DNA of 64,000 nucleotides from the human T2T-CHM13v2.0 reference genome, Homo sapiens. Positions 24,640 through 38,887 of the stretch are shown here, in pieces (position 1 is the stretch's first letter; every line of letters begins with the position of its first letter). The notes under the pieces were generated by a model. It was not told where the DNA came from, made no database searches, and saw nothing but the letters and a program-made list of their open reading frames with translations. The DNA lies in assembly GCF_009914755.1 (NCBI RefSeq), contig NC_060946.1, one strand, 5' to 3'. The translations under genes and the position numbers were made by a program.

Positions 24640-25430
24640 TGCTGAGCTGATAGGATGCGGTTCTAGAAATGTGGGCAGCCATCTTACCCACTACAAAGAG
24701 GGAATCTGTTTGAGAAATGAAAAGAAAGATAAAACCCTGATGATATCAATGAGCCCCTCGATCCAGCCATTCCTATAGACAAATGCACACCTGGGCTTTC
24801 AGTTACAAAGCCAATAAATCATCCTTCCCCAATCCACTTTTTAAAAAAACCTTTAGTTAGTACGAGTCAAGTTTATTTCACTTGCAATAGAAAGAATCTT
24901 GACTGTGGTAGTCTATTATATCAGTGGTTTCTGATAAACCGTGCTTTTAAGTGTTCATACCTTTGTATTGCCACCTTTCCTTGACTGTAGATGGTCCTTG
25001 CAACTTGCTTTATTGCCACATTTTCTTGGCTGTGGTTGGGGCTTGCAGCTTGCTTTCAACAATGGAATGGGGTGGAAGGGACACTGTGCCTGCTCTGGTT
25101 CTAAGCTTGAAGAGGTCCTGACAGCTTCCATGCTCTTGGGAGCCCAGATATGCCAGGTAAAATTCAGATGCCCTGCTGGAGAGACCATATGGAGATGTCA
25201 CATGAGAATGAGAGGCCCACAGACCACACAGAGAGATTAAAGCCCAGCTTCCCAGTGTCCTAGCTGAGGCCACCCTCAGCTGATTGCAGCCACATGAGTG
25301 ACCACAGGCAAGAACAGAAGAAGCACCCAGTTGAGCCCAGTTCAGATTACAGAATTTAGAGAGATGATAAAATAATTGTTGTTTGAAGCTACTATGTTTT
25401 GTTGTAGTTTGTTGTAAAGCAATAGATAAA
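24640..25430. mobile_element. Old MLT1 LTR fragments
   Basis: ...gagcccagttcagattacagaatt...aataattgttgtttgaagctact...gcaatagataa end motifs. Confidence 0.6.
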
Positions 25431-25535
25431 TGAAGCACTGGCTCATACATTATGAAGTTGTTGTTAGGACTAAGATAGTGCATGCAAATTGCTTAGCACG
25501 GTGACTGGCACAAAGAAAGTGCTCATTAAGTATCA

Positions 25536-25645
25536 ATGATTCTTCTTGTTGTTGATAATAATGATTACAATGATTCTTCTTCTTCTTGTTAATATGATTC
25601 TTCTTCTTCTTCTTCTTCTTCTTCTTCTTCTTCTTCTTCTCTTCT

Positions 25646-25677
<32 letters not shown>

Positions 25678-25720
25678 TTCTTCTTCTTCTTCTTCTTCTT
25701 CTTGTTGATATGATTACAAC
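25536..25720. repeat. (TTC/GAA)n microsatellite, main tract about 105 bp (25598-25703) with two interruptions
   Basis: Read directly. Confidence 0.97.
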
Positions 25721-26536
25721 ATGTTTGTTGCCTAAATTAGGTCATGAACTCACTGAGGGCGACAAGTGTGTCATATGCATCGCTGTACTCCCAGGATCCA
25801 GCACAGGACATGCATATTGTAGGTAGTAGGTCATTGCTGGTTTCAACGAGTGCATGGATGGATGGATGACGGATAATGAACAGAAGGATGGATGGATGAA
25901 CAGCAAGTGGAAATGTTTGAAAAATGTAAAACACAGAGCTCTATGCAGAGTTTGCCCTTAGCTTGTAATTTTTTATCTGAACGTACTCTAAGTGGAATTC
26001 AAGCCAAAGGTTATATGGGCCTTTGACTTGACTACAAGTATGGAAAGACTTTGAATGCAACGGGGACTCAGAGAAAAGTGGAGACCTTCGAAACAGGGGC
26101 AGTAAGGGAGGCTTCTCAGAAGAGCCAGATTTGGATCTGGGCCTTGAAAGGCGAGGAGAAGATGGATGGATAAAGAGAGCTAAAGTAACCACTGGGACTG
26201 TAGAAATGAATATGGCTATGATTCGGTATCAGTTCATAATTTTCCAGAAAAACAGATCAGCAGAACCAGAGTGAGAATCCTTAATCAATTTAGATTCTGA
26301 CCCCTGACTCCAGCCCTCTTCCACAAAAACATCTAATGTACCTGTCCATGAAGTCAGACCTACTCTTGAGATTTTTCAGTTCCATGAGCTAGGAAATTCT
26401 CCTTTTCTGCTTGAACGAGCCTAAGTTGGTTTTTCTGTGACTTACAACAGAAATGGGCCTATTCCATGCACCCCAGGAAGTATCCTCAGCTCATTTGAGA
26501 CAAGGCATTCAGAAGCACCATTTGCCCTGGACTTAA

Positions 26537-26774
<238 letters not shown>

Positions 26775-27544
26775 GCCGAAGGCTTTTTCTTAATCTCCTA
26801 GAGAATGGGAAAATAGCTTGATTACTCTTTCTTTCCCCATTCAAAGCTGGAAGGAAAAAAGTCTACCAGTAGTCTATGGGGGTAAACAACTAGAGTCAGA
26901 GATTCTGGGCCTTAAATGCTACCTCTCTCTCTTTGTCTCTGTCTCTGTCTTTCTCTCTCTCACACACACACACACGCACACACACACACACATACACACA
27001 CACATCTTTTCTCCCAAAGGCTGAATTCTCTCTGATTGGCTTCATCTACATAGAAGGAAGTCTCATTTCTAATTAATTGCTCCCAAGCTTCCGGTTGACA
27101 GCTTTGTCACCAGCAAAGGACTGTTTCACTTCCCTTAATTCCAGTTTGAAACATGCAAGCAACAGTGTCTGATGGGCCAGGTTCATGTCAGCTGCTCATC
27201 TGTATCAGTCCGCATGGACTCAGTTGTGCTGCAGTAAAAACAATCCCCTAAGTCTCAGGGACTCATCAAAACAAAGGCTTATTTCACACTCACATGAAGT
27301 CCACTCTGGATCCAGATGACTTTCCAGGGCAAGTGACCTCCTTGTAACAACTCAACAATCCAGGCTGAGGGAGGCTCCACATCAAAAGGGCAGGAAGTAG
27401 AGAGCCCCTCTGAGGGCTGGAGGGGAGAAGAATCAGAAATAGCAGTAAGTGGCAGGGTATCCACTCCACCATCCCTGGGTTACTGCCAGGGGTGAAGTTG
27501 GAGGGGGACGAGGCTGTGGTGCACCTGTAGCCACTTGGAGTTCA

Positions 27545-27922
<378 letters not shown>

Positions 27923-28657
27923 TCATGACATATAGGCAAGACAGCCAACAGCCCACTCAGATTTACCCTGGGTGTGGTAAGTAACAGGGATAATACCCCA
28001 CATTTCGCATTTCACAGAGGGAACATACAGACCCTAATAAGTAAAGAAACTTCCCTAGACCTCAGAGATAGGCTCATTTTATTTTAAAAATTTAATAGAT
28101 ATGAGATAAAACTAGTATAGTAGAATGGTCATGGCCAATCCACAGCAGTGGGTACATGGTGCTCATTTTAAAATTCTTTCAACTTTTCTGTAGGTTTGAA
28201 AACTTTCATAATAAAATATTAGAAAGATTTTAAGTTTAAGTTTATGTTTAGAATAATTAATACATTTATATGCTTCAAAATTCAAAAGGTACAAGAGTTA
28301 AACAGTGAAAAGTCTTCCTCTTGCCTCTTCTCAGCCACGCGCTTCCCTCCCCAAAGGCAGCCAATGTTAGCAGCTTCTGCTGATGGCTTTCCTGAGCAGA
28401 ATATGTGTGTATACAGCAATTCCAAACAGATGCGGTTCTCCCCATTTATAGCATTAGACACTGACATGGTGACAAGGATTTCCTCCACACCAGCTGAATG
28501 CTTTGCATGATTATCTCATTTCATTCTCCTAACAACCCTGTAAGGGAGACATCATTATCCCCAGTTTATGGATAAGAAAACTAAAGTTCAGAGGAAACAT
28601 GAATTATTACAGATCCCATGGATAATAATTGGAAAATCGTTAGGATGTAAACCTAGG

Positions 28658-28795
28658 TTTTTATTTTATTTTATTTTATTTTATTTTATTTGTAGAAATG
28701 GGGTCTTGCTATGTTGCCTAGGCTGGTCTTGAACTCGAGCTCAAGCGATCCTCCCAAAGTGCTGGGATTACAGGCGCCAGCAATCAAGCCTGGCC
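28658..28795 (-). mobile_element. FLAM_C/AluJ left monomer with (TTTTA)n tail
   Basis: gtagaaatggggtcttgctatgttgcc...ctcccaaagtgctgggattacagg. Confidence 0.85.
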
Positions 28796-28998
28796 AGAAC
28801 ATTGATTTTTTTGACCTCAAATCCTGTGCAATGAGCCACCATATCGTCGTACAGGTATGTGGACTTGTACCTTGTCCACAGGGTGTGGGAGTAGAGTCTC
28901 ATAGATGGAGCAAGAAATGAGAGCTCACACACCACCATGAGAACCAGCGTCTGCTGGTGTTAGAGGCTCCAGCACATCCTAATTTTCCCTGAGCGTCT

Positions 28999-29117
28999 TT
29001 TCCCAGCAATGTCTCTGGAATGGAAGTAGGTACACATGCGTACTTAAATATGTACCTATTTCCATATGGTTACTTAAATATGTACCTATTTCTATTCCAG
29101 AGACATTGCTTGGGAAA
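28999..29117. repeat. Inverted repeat (about 39-bp arms) with internal 22-bp direct repeat
   Basis: 28999-29037 is the reverse complement of 29078-29117 with 3 mismatches and 1 indel; tacttaaatatgtacctatttc at 29041 and 29071. Confidence 0.93.
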
Positions 29118-30010
29118 TGTGATAAGTGTCACATCAACTGAATGGGGATAACCAGAAAGTAATGTACCTCCCCCTGCCCTGGCTCTGATGTTGTAGGTCT
29201 AGTCCTTTCCCTAGTCCTGGAGGAAATCTTTTTACTCAGGTAATAAAAAGCTTTCCGTGCTGGTGGCCACACATATCTGTCAGTTAGATAACTAGCATGT
29301 CCAGTCTTGTTTAATAATCAAAACCCCAAACTCTGTTCAGAGGTAAAGCTTTGCCCCTGGCCTAGCTGGAGCCTGGTGTGAGGGGAACCTGTGGTGGGAA
29401 AGGGGGACGTGTCACCACCTTGAGCTTCCAGTGGCAGCCAAAATCCTAGCTGAGTGCAGTCATATGAGTGACCCCAGATGGCACCAGCAGCAGCAAAGCG
29501 ACTATCCGGCTACCAACCTGAAGAGTCCTTACAGATAATCTACCATTGAAGATTGATGTTTAGGGTGGGTTTTCCATGGTAATAGACCATTGAACTACAC
29601 CTAACAGTTTCTCTTTAGGGTTGGGGATCATAGTACCCCAAGAGCTCTCTCTAAAGAACAACCTGCATACTTCGACTTCTCTACCTCTGCAATTTTAACC
29701 CTTTTATACCTTCCAATGCATGAAAAGCCAAGAGCCATGAAACTGGTTTTTTACCTTCTCCTTTGCAAGTCCAGCATGAGGGGTCTAGAACAGGGCTTAG
29801 CAAACTATAGTCTGTGGCCAAATGAGCCATGGCCCACAAAACCTGTTTGCTATCTGGCCCTTTAAGAAAAAAATGTCCCGTTTGAAATATGCAGGCAACA
29901 GTGTCTGATGGGCAAGGCTCGTGTCTGGTGCTCATCTGTATCAGTCCGCATGGACTCAGTTGTGCTGCAGTAACAAACAATCACGCAAGTTTCAGGGACT
30001 GGAATCTCAC

Positions 30011-31151
<1,141 letters not shown>

Positions 31152-31310
31152 CTAAAAAAGAATTAAATTGCAGTGGAAATGGTCACAGAATGCTCTTTTC
31201 TCTTTGGAAAGCTAATGTTAATTTGGAGTGAGATTTATGTAGGAAGCTTAAGGAATCTGTTAAAAGAAACATTGAGTTGATTTTCTAATTGACCACCATG
31301 TTGCATTTAC

Positions 31311-31477
31311 ATGTGTGACATCTGCAGATGCTCCAATAGTACGACTACACACATAAAGCTTTAGTGATTTGGTGATTGCCAAAAAGGCAGTATTTTTTCT
31401 GATTGGCATAATTTCTACCTCCAATTTACTGGAACACTGGGCATGACTGAGACGCCTTTTTAGTGATGTCTGCTGTT
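31311..31477 (-). pseudogene. Candidate pseudo-exon G (167 nt, open from phase 1)
   Basis: Acceptor ...catgcag|, donor |GTAAAT; QQTSLKRRLSHAQCSSKLEVEIMPIRKNTAFLAITKSLKLYVCSRTIGASADVTH; F-G junction A|AA gives Lys. Confidence 0.45.
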
Positions 31478-31644
31478 CTGCATGTTCAATAAACATAAAA
31501 TTGAGAGGCTTGGCCATGGTTGTGTATGTGCAGCATCTGTGATCCAAGTGGAATTTAATGGTGGAATTGGGGCTTAACAATGGAATCCTGGGAGTGATAT
31601 TTGGGCCTCAGGGCCCTTACTCTGCAGAAATGAGTGATGGGGCC

Positions 31645-32001
31645 TGTATTAGTCCATTTTCACACTGCTGATAAAGACATACCTGAGACTGGACAATTTA
31701 CAAAAGAAAGAGGTTTATTGGACTCACAGTTCCACATGGCTGGGAGCCCTCAGAATCATGTCAGAAGGTGAAAGGCACATCTCATATGGAGGCAGACAAG
31801 AGAAGAGGACTTGTGCAGGGAAACTCCCCTTTACAAAACCATCAGATCTCGTGAGACTTATTCACTATCATGAGAATAGCAGGGGAAAGATGCGACCCCA
31901 TGATTCAATTATCTCTCACTGGTCTCTCACACAACACATGGGAATGATGGGAGCTGCAATTCAAGATGAGATTTGGATGGGGACACAGCCAAACCATATC
32001 A
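31645..32001 (-). mobile_element. THE1 (THE1B/C-like) MaLR solo LTR
   Basis: tgtattagtccattttcacactgctgataaagacatacc...ggggacacagccaaaccatatca; TSD GGGCC/GAGCC. Confidence 0.92.
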
Positions 32002-32026
32002 GAGCCTATTCATATGGAGCCGACTC

Positions 32027-32282
32027 TGTGTGTGTGTGGTGTGTGTGTGTGTGGGGGGGGGGTGGTGTGTGTGTGTGTGTGTGTGGGTGGTGTATGTCTG
32101 TGTGTTTGTATGTGCGTGTGGGCAGTGTGTGGGGGCAGTGTGTGTGTGTGTGTCTGTGTATGTGTGTGTGTGTGGTGTATGTATGTGTATGTGTGTGTGT
32201 GATGTGTGTGTGGGGGGGTGGTGTGTGTGTATGTGTGTGTCTGTGTGTGTGTGGTGTGTGTGTGTCTGTGTGTGTGTGTGTG
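32027..32282. repeat. Degenerate (TG)n tract
   Basis: Read directly. Confidence 0.95.
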
Positions 32283-32325
32283 AGTAAGGTTGTCAAGTTA
32301 GCAACTGGTCAGGCTCCTCCTGGGC

Positions 32326-32418
32326 TGGTCCCTGCCTGTCTTCAACACCACCTGGGTGGTCCCTGCCTGTCTTCAACACCACCTAGGTGGTCCCTGCCTG
32401 TCTTCAACACCACCTGGG
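32326..32418. repeat. 31-bp tandem repeat x3 (tggtccctgcctgtcttcaacaccacctggg)
   Basis: Three copies with one substitution. Confidence 0.95.
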
Positions 32419-32905
32419 TGGCGTGTGTGTCTCACGGCTGTTATGCTGCCTGAGCCTGTGTGTGACTGGAGCAGGAGCTGGCATTTCTCCAGCCCCTGTT
32501 GTCCGCCAGGTGTTTTGTGATGCTTTCTAATTGTTTCTCCTGGGAGCCTCCTCGCAAGCTGGTGCTGGGCTGCACTTTTGGCCCAGCCTCGGTGTGCTGG
32601 CCAGTTCAACTCAGGAGCCTTCAGCACTGAGGGCCAGCCCCAGTCTGCGGTGTCTGCCCAGGACGGCCAGTCCCTGCCAATCCGGCAGGTCCTCAGAGGC
32701 CAGGCTGAGCAGCTGGGGCCTTGCAGCAGGACACAGGGTCACAGCTGGACCCAAGCAGAGAGCCTGCTGGGCCTGAGTGTCCAGGTGTGAGGGAAGGGCT
32801 TCCTCCCTCCAGAGAACAGGGATGCAGGTTCCAGCCAGGTAGACCTTCCTGCTTTGTGAGTGTGTCCAGAGCAGGGAGAGTTTCACCCACAAACCCAATA
32901 TGTGA

Positions 32906-33262
<357 letters not shown>

Positions 33263-34399
33263 CATCAGTTCTTTTTCACCATCAATCCACGTCTGACCTT
33301 TCCTGTGCCTAAGCTGTCATAGAGGGTAAATGCAAACCAAACACACTTCAGATGGAAAACACCTCACCCTTCTCCCAATTCTCAAACCTTGACTCACTTC
33401 CCATAGCACATGGAGGAGAATGCTAGCATCTTCCCACAACTCGCTCCACCTCTCCTCCCACCCAGCCCTTCCTCCTTCACTGCTAGTTGCCCTGCTGGTT
33501 CTAGAACATGCCTTGGAACCTTCTCCCCCAGATACCTACATGGCTGTGTCTAGGACCTCATTCCAGTCTCTACACAAATGTCACCTCATCAGAGGCCTTC
33601 CCCGGCCACCATGTCCGAAGAGACACCCAGCCCTACCCTCACTTCTCTCTCTATCTGCTTCCCTTGCTCCGAGGCTCTCTTGCTGCTCAACTGTGGATTA
33701 TACATTCATTTGTTCCTCATTTCTCTCTGTCACGAGAAAGAAAACCTCAGGTGTTTCCCCACTGCCACAACAGTGCCTGTCAATAATTGAGCCCTCAGTA
33801 AATACCTGTAGAATGAAAGGAAGAATCTTTTCAATGGTGGAAGTAACTCAATACACCCATGGTCCTCCAGTGGCGGGACCCTAGTGCTTCTGAGGGAAGG
33901 AAGATGCTGCTGTGGCCAGATTCCAGGAGGGAAGGGAGAGCATGACCCCCAGCCCTCAGGACAGATGGGGCGTGGCTGCTCCCACCATGGCTCACTGAAG
34001 TGCATCTGATACACCGTGTTTGCCACTCCAAAGTTTAATTTAGCTGATGTCTTGGCTGTGAGCAACAGCTGGTAAATTTAGTTGGGGGATTAAGAAACGT
34101 ATAAGATGCATAGCTCCTTAAAAGGAGCTGGATGTCAGGGGAAAACGAAAGCCAGGTGCATCCTGAATTTGGCTGTGAAAGGCGGGGCAGCCACCTTCTT
34201 GGAGCAGGCCAAGGGGCTGTGTTTGCTGAATCTTCTGAGGGGCGGCATCTCCACATGGAGGTGGCGGAGGGCGAGCCTGGGGACACATCCAGTGGCTGCC
34301 ATGTCACCTAGCCACCCAGGAAATTCCTTCAACCTGCTGGCAAGGATAGGGACAGCTCTGAAGACATGAGTCTGCCCAGAAACCATAAACAAATAGATT

Positions 34400-35200
34400 G
34401 ACAAACATTACTGTAGCAAATTAAAACTTGTGTGAGAGTTAAAAAAAAATGCCATGGACCAAGTTCAAAGCAAACAACAAAATGGCCAAATAATACTTTC
34501 AGACAAGTGCTAGAAAAAAGACCAATGCTGTTGATTTACAAATAGCTCATAATCAATAAGAAAAAGATGAACAGTCCAATAGAAAGGAGGGTCCTAAGGC
34601 ACAGACAGGAGGCCAATAATACAAATGCAAAATACAAAAGGCCAATAAATGTATGAAAATATACTCAGCCTCCTCTGCCATCAGAGAAATACAAACCAAA
34701 ATCAGAGACTTTTTTAACTTATCAGATGGTCAAAAATGTTTAAGTACAGTTGTATTCAGTGATGGCAATGAATTAAGAAAATGTAAATTTCTATTTTAGG
34801 AGGGAAATTTTGAGATTTCCATCCAAATTAAAAATGCACATGTGGCTGGGCATGGTGGCTCACGCCTGTAATCCGAGCACTTTGGGAGGCCAAGGTGGGT
34901 GGATCCCTTGAGGTCAGGAGTTCAAGACCAGCCTGGCCAACATGGCGAAACCCCATCTGTACTAAAAATTCAAAAATTAGCCGGGCATAGTAGCAGGTGC
35001 CTGTAATCCCAGCTACTTGGGAGGCTGAGGCAGGAGAATTGCTTGAACCTGGGAGGCCGAGGTTGCAGTGAGCTAACACCACTGCACCCACAGTCCAGCC
35101 TAGGTGAAAGAGCAAGACTCCATCTAAAAAAAAAAAAACAAAAGAAAAAGCTGCACATGCCCTTTGTTCCAGCAATTCCACCACTAGGAGGTAAGCCTCC
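34400..35200 (+). mobile_element. Degraded L1 ORF2/3' fragment with nested Alu
   Basis: aatcaataagaaaaagatgaacagtccaatagaaa...ggccaataaatgtatgaaaa...cagcaattcca motifs. Confidence 0.6.
34844..35149 (+). mobile_element. Alu (AluS)
   Basis: Full dimer; TSD-like tgcacatg. Confidence 0.94.
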
Positions 35201-35290
35201 AAATATTCTTTTATTTTTAATGTATTATATGACTTTATTATATGAATAAATGTATGAATAGTCTCCCAAATGAATGTTCATTTCAAAATA

Positions 35291-37282
35291 CAAGCACACC
35301 TCCTTTGATTGGGTTCTGCTTTGTTGCACTTTGCAGATATTGGATTTTTCACAAATTGAAGTTTTGTGGCAACCTTGCACCCAGGAAGTCTATCGGTGCC
35401 ATTTTTCCAAGAACGTGTGCTCACTTCATGTCTCCGTGCCACATTTTAGTAATTCTTGCAATATTTTCAGCTTTTTCATTATTATGATATCTGTTATGGT
35501 GGTCTGTGATCAGTGATCATTGATGTTACTATTGTAATTGCTTTGGGGCTCCATGAGCCATGACTATGTAAGATGGCAAACTTAATCGATACATGTTGTG
35601 TGTGTTCTCACTGCTCCATGGAATGGCCATTCCCTCTCTCTCTCTCTATTCCCTGAGACACAAAGGTATTAAAATTATGCCAGTTAATAAGCCTACAATG
35701 GCCTCTAAGTGTTTAAATGAAATGAAAAGTCCTGTCTCTTACTTTAAATCAAAAGCTAGAAATGGTTCAACTTAGTGAGAAAGGTATGCCAAAAGCTGAG
35801 ATAGGCCAAAAGATGGGCACCAGACAGTTAGATCAGTTGTGAATGCAAAGGAAAAGTTCTTGAAGGAAATTAAAAGTTCTACTCCAGTGAGCGCACGAAT
35901 GATAAGAAAGTGAAACAACCTTATTGATGATATGGAGAAAGTTTGAGTGGTCTTGATAGAAAGTCAAACCAGCCACAACATTCCCTTAAGCCAGAGCCTG
36001 ATCCAGAGCAAGGCCCTACTTGTCTTCAATTCTGTGAAGGCTGAGAGAGGTGAGCAAGCTTCAGAAAGAAGCTTGAAGGTAGCAGAGGTTAATGCATGAG
36101 GTTTAAGGAAAGAAGCTGTCTCCATAACATAAAAGTGCAAGGTGAAGCAGCAGGTGCTGATGGAGAAGCTGCAGCAAGTTATCCAGAAGATCTGGCTAAG
36201 GTCATTGATGAAGGTGGCCACACTAAGTAAGATATTTTCCATGTGGATGAAACAGCCCTCTGTTGGAAGAAGATACCATCTAGGACTTTCATAGCTAGAC
36301 AGGTGAAGGCAATGCCTGTTTTCAAAGCTTCAAAGGACAGGGTGACTCTATTGTTACGGGCTAATGCAGCTGGTGACTTTAAGTTGAAGCCAGTGCGCAT
36401 TTACCATTCTGAAAATTCTAGGGCCCTTAAGAATGATGCTAAATCTACTCTGCCTGTGCTCTATAAATGGAAAAATAAAGCCTGGATGCAGTACATCGGT
36501 TTACAGCATGGTTTGCTGATCATTTAAACCCACTATTGAGACCTATTGCTCAGAAAAAAAGATTCGCTTGAAAATATTACTGCTTATTGATAATGTACCT
36601 GGTTACCCAAGGGCTCCGATGGAGTACAAGGAGATTAATGTCGTTTTCATGCCTGCTAACACAACCATTCTGCAGCCCATGAATCAAGGAGTAATTTCAA
36701 CTTTCAAGTCTTATTATTTAAGAAACACATTTTATAAGGCTACAGCTTCCATAAACAGTGATTCCTCTGATGGAGGTGGACAAAATAAATTGAAAACCTT
36801 CTGGAAACGACTCATTGTTCTAAATGCCACTCAACATATTTTTGATTCATGGGAGGAGGTCACAATATCAACATTATCAGGAGTTTGGAAGAAGTTGATT
36901 CCAACCCTCATAGACGACTTTGAGGAGTTCAAGACTTCAGTGGAAGAAGGAACTGCAGATGTGGTAGAAATAGCAAGAGAACTAGAATTAGAAGTAGAGT
37001 CTGAAGATATGACTGCATTGCTGCAATCTCATGATCAAACCTGAATGGATGAGAAGTTGCTTTTTTATGGATGATCAAAGAAAGTGGTTTCTTGAGATGA
37101 AATCTACTCCTGTGAAGATGCTGTGAATATTATTGCAATGACAACAAAGGATTTAGAATATTCCATTAACTTTGTCGATAAAGCAGCAGCAGGGTTTGAG
37201 AGGACTGATTCCAATTTTGAAAGAAGTTCTACTGTGGGCAGAATGCTATCAAAGAGCGTCACGTGCTACAGAGAAATCTTTC
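35291..37282 (+). mobile_element. Tigger1 (pogo-like DNA transposon), 3'-truncated, with disrupted transposase (HTH plus DDE)
   Basis: Starts after TA with CAAGCACACCTC (Tigger1 TIR-like); ORF fragments [10 protein letters not shown]...[19 protein letters not shown] and [13 protein letters not shown]...[17 protein letters not shown]; stops and frameshifts; no right TIR seen. Confidence 0.93.
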
Positions 37283-37319
37283 TTCCAAACTCCTGTTAAT
37301 GTTGATATTTTGTCTTGCT

Positions 37320-37420
37320 TGGTGATGGTGATGATGATGGCAATGATCATGGTGGTGATGATGATGATGGTGGTGGTGGTGATGAGGATGGCAATGGTGG
37401 TATTGATTATGGTGACGATA
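37320..37420. repeat. (GAT/GGT)n low-complexity trinucleotide repeat
   Basis: Read directly. Confidence 0.9.
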
Positions 37421-37849
37421 GAGGAGGAGGAAAAAGACCAGGGGCAGAGGAGGGACCAACACAAGAGAAGAATGAGAAGGAGGGGAAAAAAGGAAAGACC
37501 AACTGGAAGCTAGGATTGCCAGGCACTTTAGAGTCATAAGCTGATTCAATTCTTCTAATTATGCCATGAGACACAGAGTAGCCATCCCCCATCTGAATTT
37601 TATGATTGAGGAAACAGAGGTCAATGTTGTGAGTCGTCTGAGGTCTCCCAACATACAATAGTAGAGCCAACATTTGAACATTCAGCTCTGAAGATGTCTT
37701 TCTAGTTCCATGCCTTCTCACAGCACCTAGCACAGTGTTTGGTACGTAGTAGTGCTCTTAGAATTTATTTCTAGAGGAGTTTGTATCTCAAAATTAGGCT
37801 TTGGGAGTTGCCGCAAGGTTTGTGGCCCATTTCTTTGGGAGTCCCCAGA

Positions 37850-38468
37850 GTGTGTTGGTTATTAAGCTGTCATCTCATATAAACCCCCGATCCACCCTCC
37901 CCCGTTCAGCTCCCAGTCTAAGGCTGGGATTCTGCAAACCCATTTCCGCACTGCCAGCTCCCTCCTGTTAGGCCCTGGCACTGGTGGGTGCTAGAGGGAG
38001 CCTGTGAGGCTGGAGGAGAAGAGCCTCGTGCTTTCCTTCCCACTTGCCCATCCGCTGAGCATCCCCTCAGCTTCACTTATTCACCCCAGCACTGGTCCCT
38101 CACCCTGGCAGCAGCACTTAGTTACCCCCTCTAGTTTTTTCTAGAACCCTCCAAATCAGCCCCATCACACTCCCTCAAGATCTGAGGGTCAGCTGGCCAG
38201 TGTTCCCTCCTCAGCCATCCACATCCCAGCTTGTGCAGTCTCTTTTTGGAATTTCCGGGTTCTGTTCACCACCACCTCTCCCCTTTGTTCTGACAGCCCT
38301 GGGGGCAAAGTTCCTTCCTGAAGTTACTATCTCTAGGCATCTCACTTAAGTCCCCCATTGCCTTTTCAGGCCCAGAGACCTGTCTAACCAATTCCCTATA
38401 GTAAATTCCCTCTGTTAAAGTAACTGGTGTGTGTGCTTTCTGGTTTTGACTGGGTCTTGACTGATGCA
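37850..38468 (+). mobile_element. LTR33-like ERVL solo LTR
   Basis: ggctgggattctgcaaac...cctgttagg...gctagagggag...aaattccctctgtt...tgactgatgca resembles LTR33 as I recall it. Confidence 0.65.
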
Positions 38469-38632
38469 TGAGGTCAATTTGATTTGGGACAGTAACCATC
38501 CTTCAGATCCCACTCTTGGGGAGAAAGAGGGACAAGACAGAGAGAGAGAGAGAGAGAATGAATCAGACTAACACCATTTTGCATCAAAAATAAGGCTTGC
38601 CCATGAATAAATAAATGGATTTTACAACTTAC

Positions 38633-38887
38633 TTAGCCATCTCTTTCCTGTTGGTTTTTGCTTCCTACTTTTACAACCCTGACAGGCAAGGCTGTGAGTG
38701 CAATGAAGCGAAGTCCTCGGAGTCTGGATTTGACCCCTTTCAGCACTTCTACTCTGGTCTCAAGGACCAGAGAGGGGAACTGCTATCCCTTTAATGTTCT
38801 GGCCCAACCAGGGCCACAAACTCCTTCCTGGATTTATTCTTGGAATATCAAAGTCAGACTGCAACTGTCAAAGTGCTTTAGTAAACT
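38633..38887 (-). pseudogene. Candidate pseudo-exon F (255 nt, phase 1-1)
   Basis: Strong acceptor gttgtttttccttag| and donor |GTAAGT; 84 codons with only two stops, both TGA (possible CGA deamination). Confidence 0.55.

Noticed and set aside
32326-32418. 31-bp and 32-bp (60765-60860) repeats of CRISPR-like length
   Set aside because: Head-to-tail copies with no unique spacers, no cas genes, eukaryotic context: ordinary minisatellites.
36243-37044. Transposase ORFs as a domesticated TIGD-like gene
   Set aside because: Split by stops and frameshifts, HTH region broken, element truncated; a neutral Tigger1 fossil.
37172-37549. Poly-His, poly-Met/Val and poly-Asp/Gly ORFs
   Set aside because: Translation of a (GAT/GGT)n repeat.
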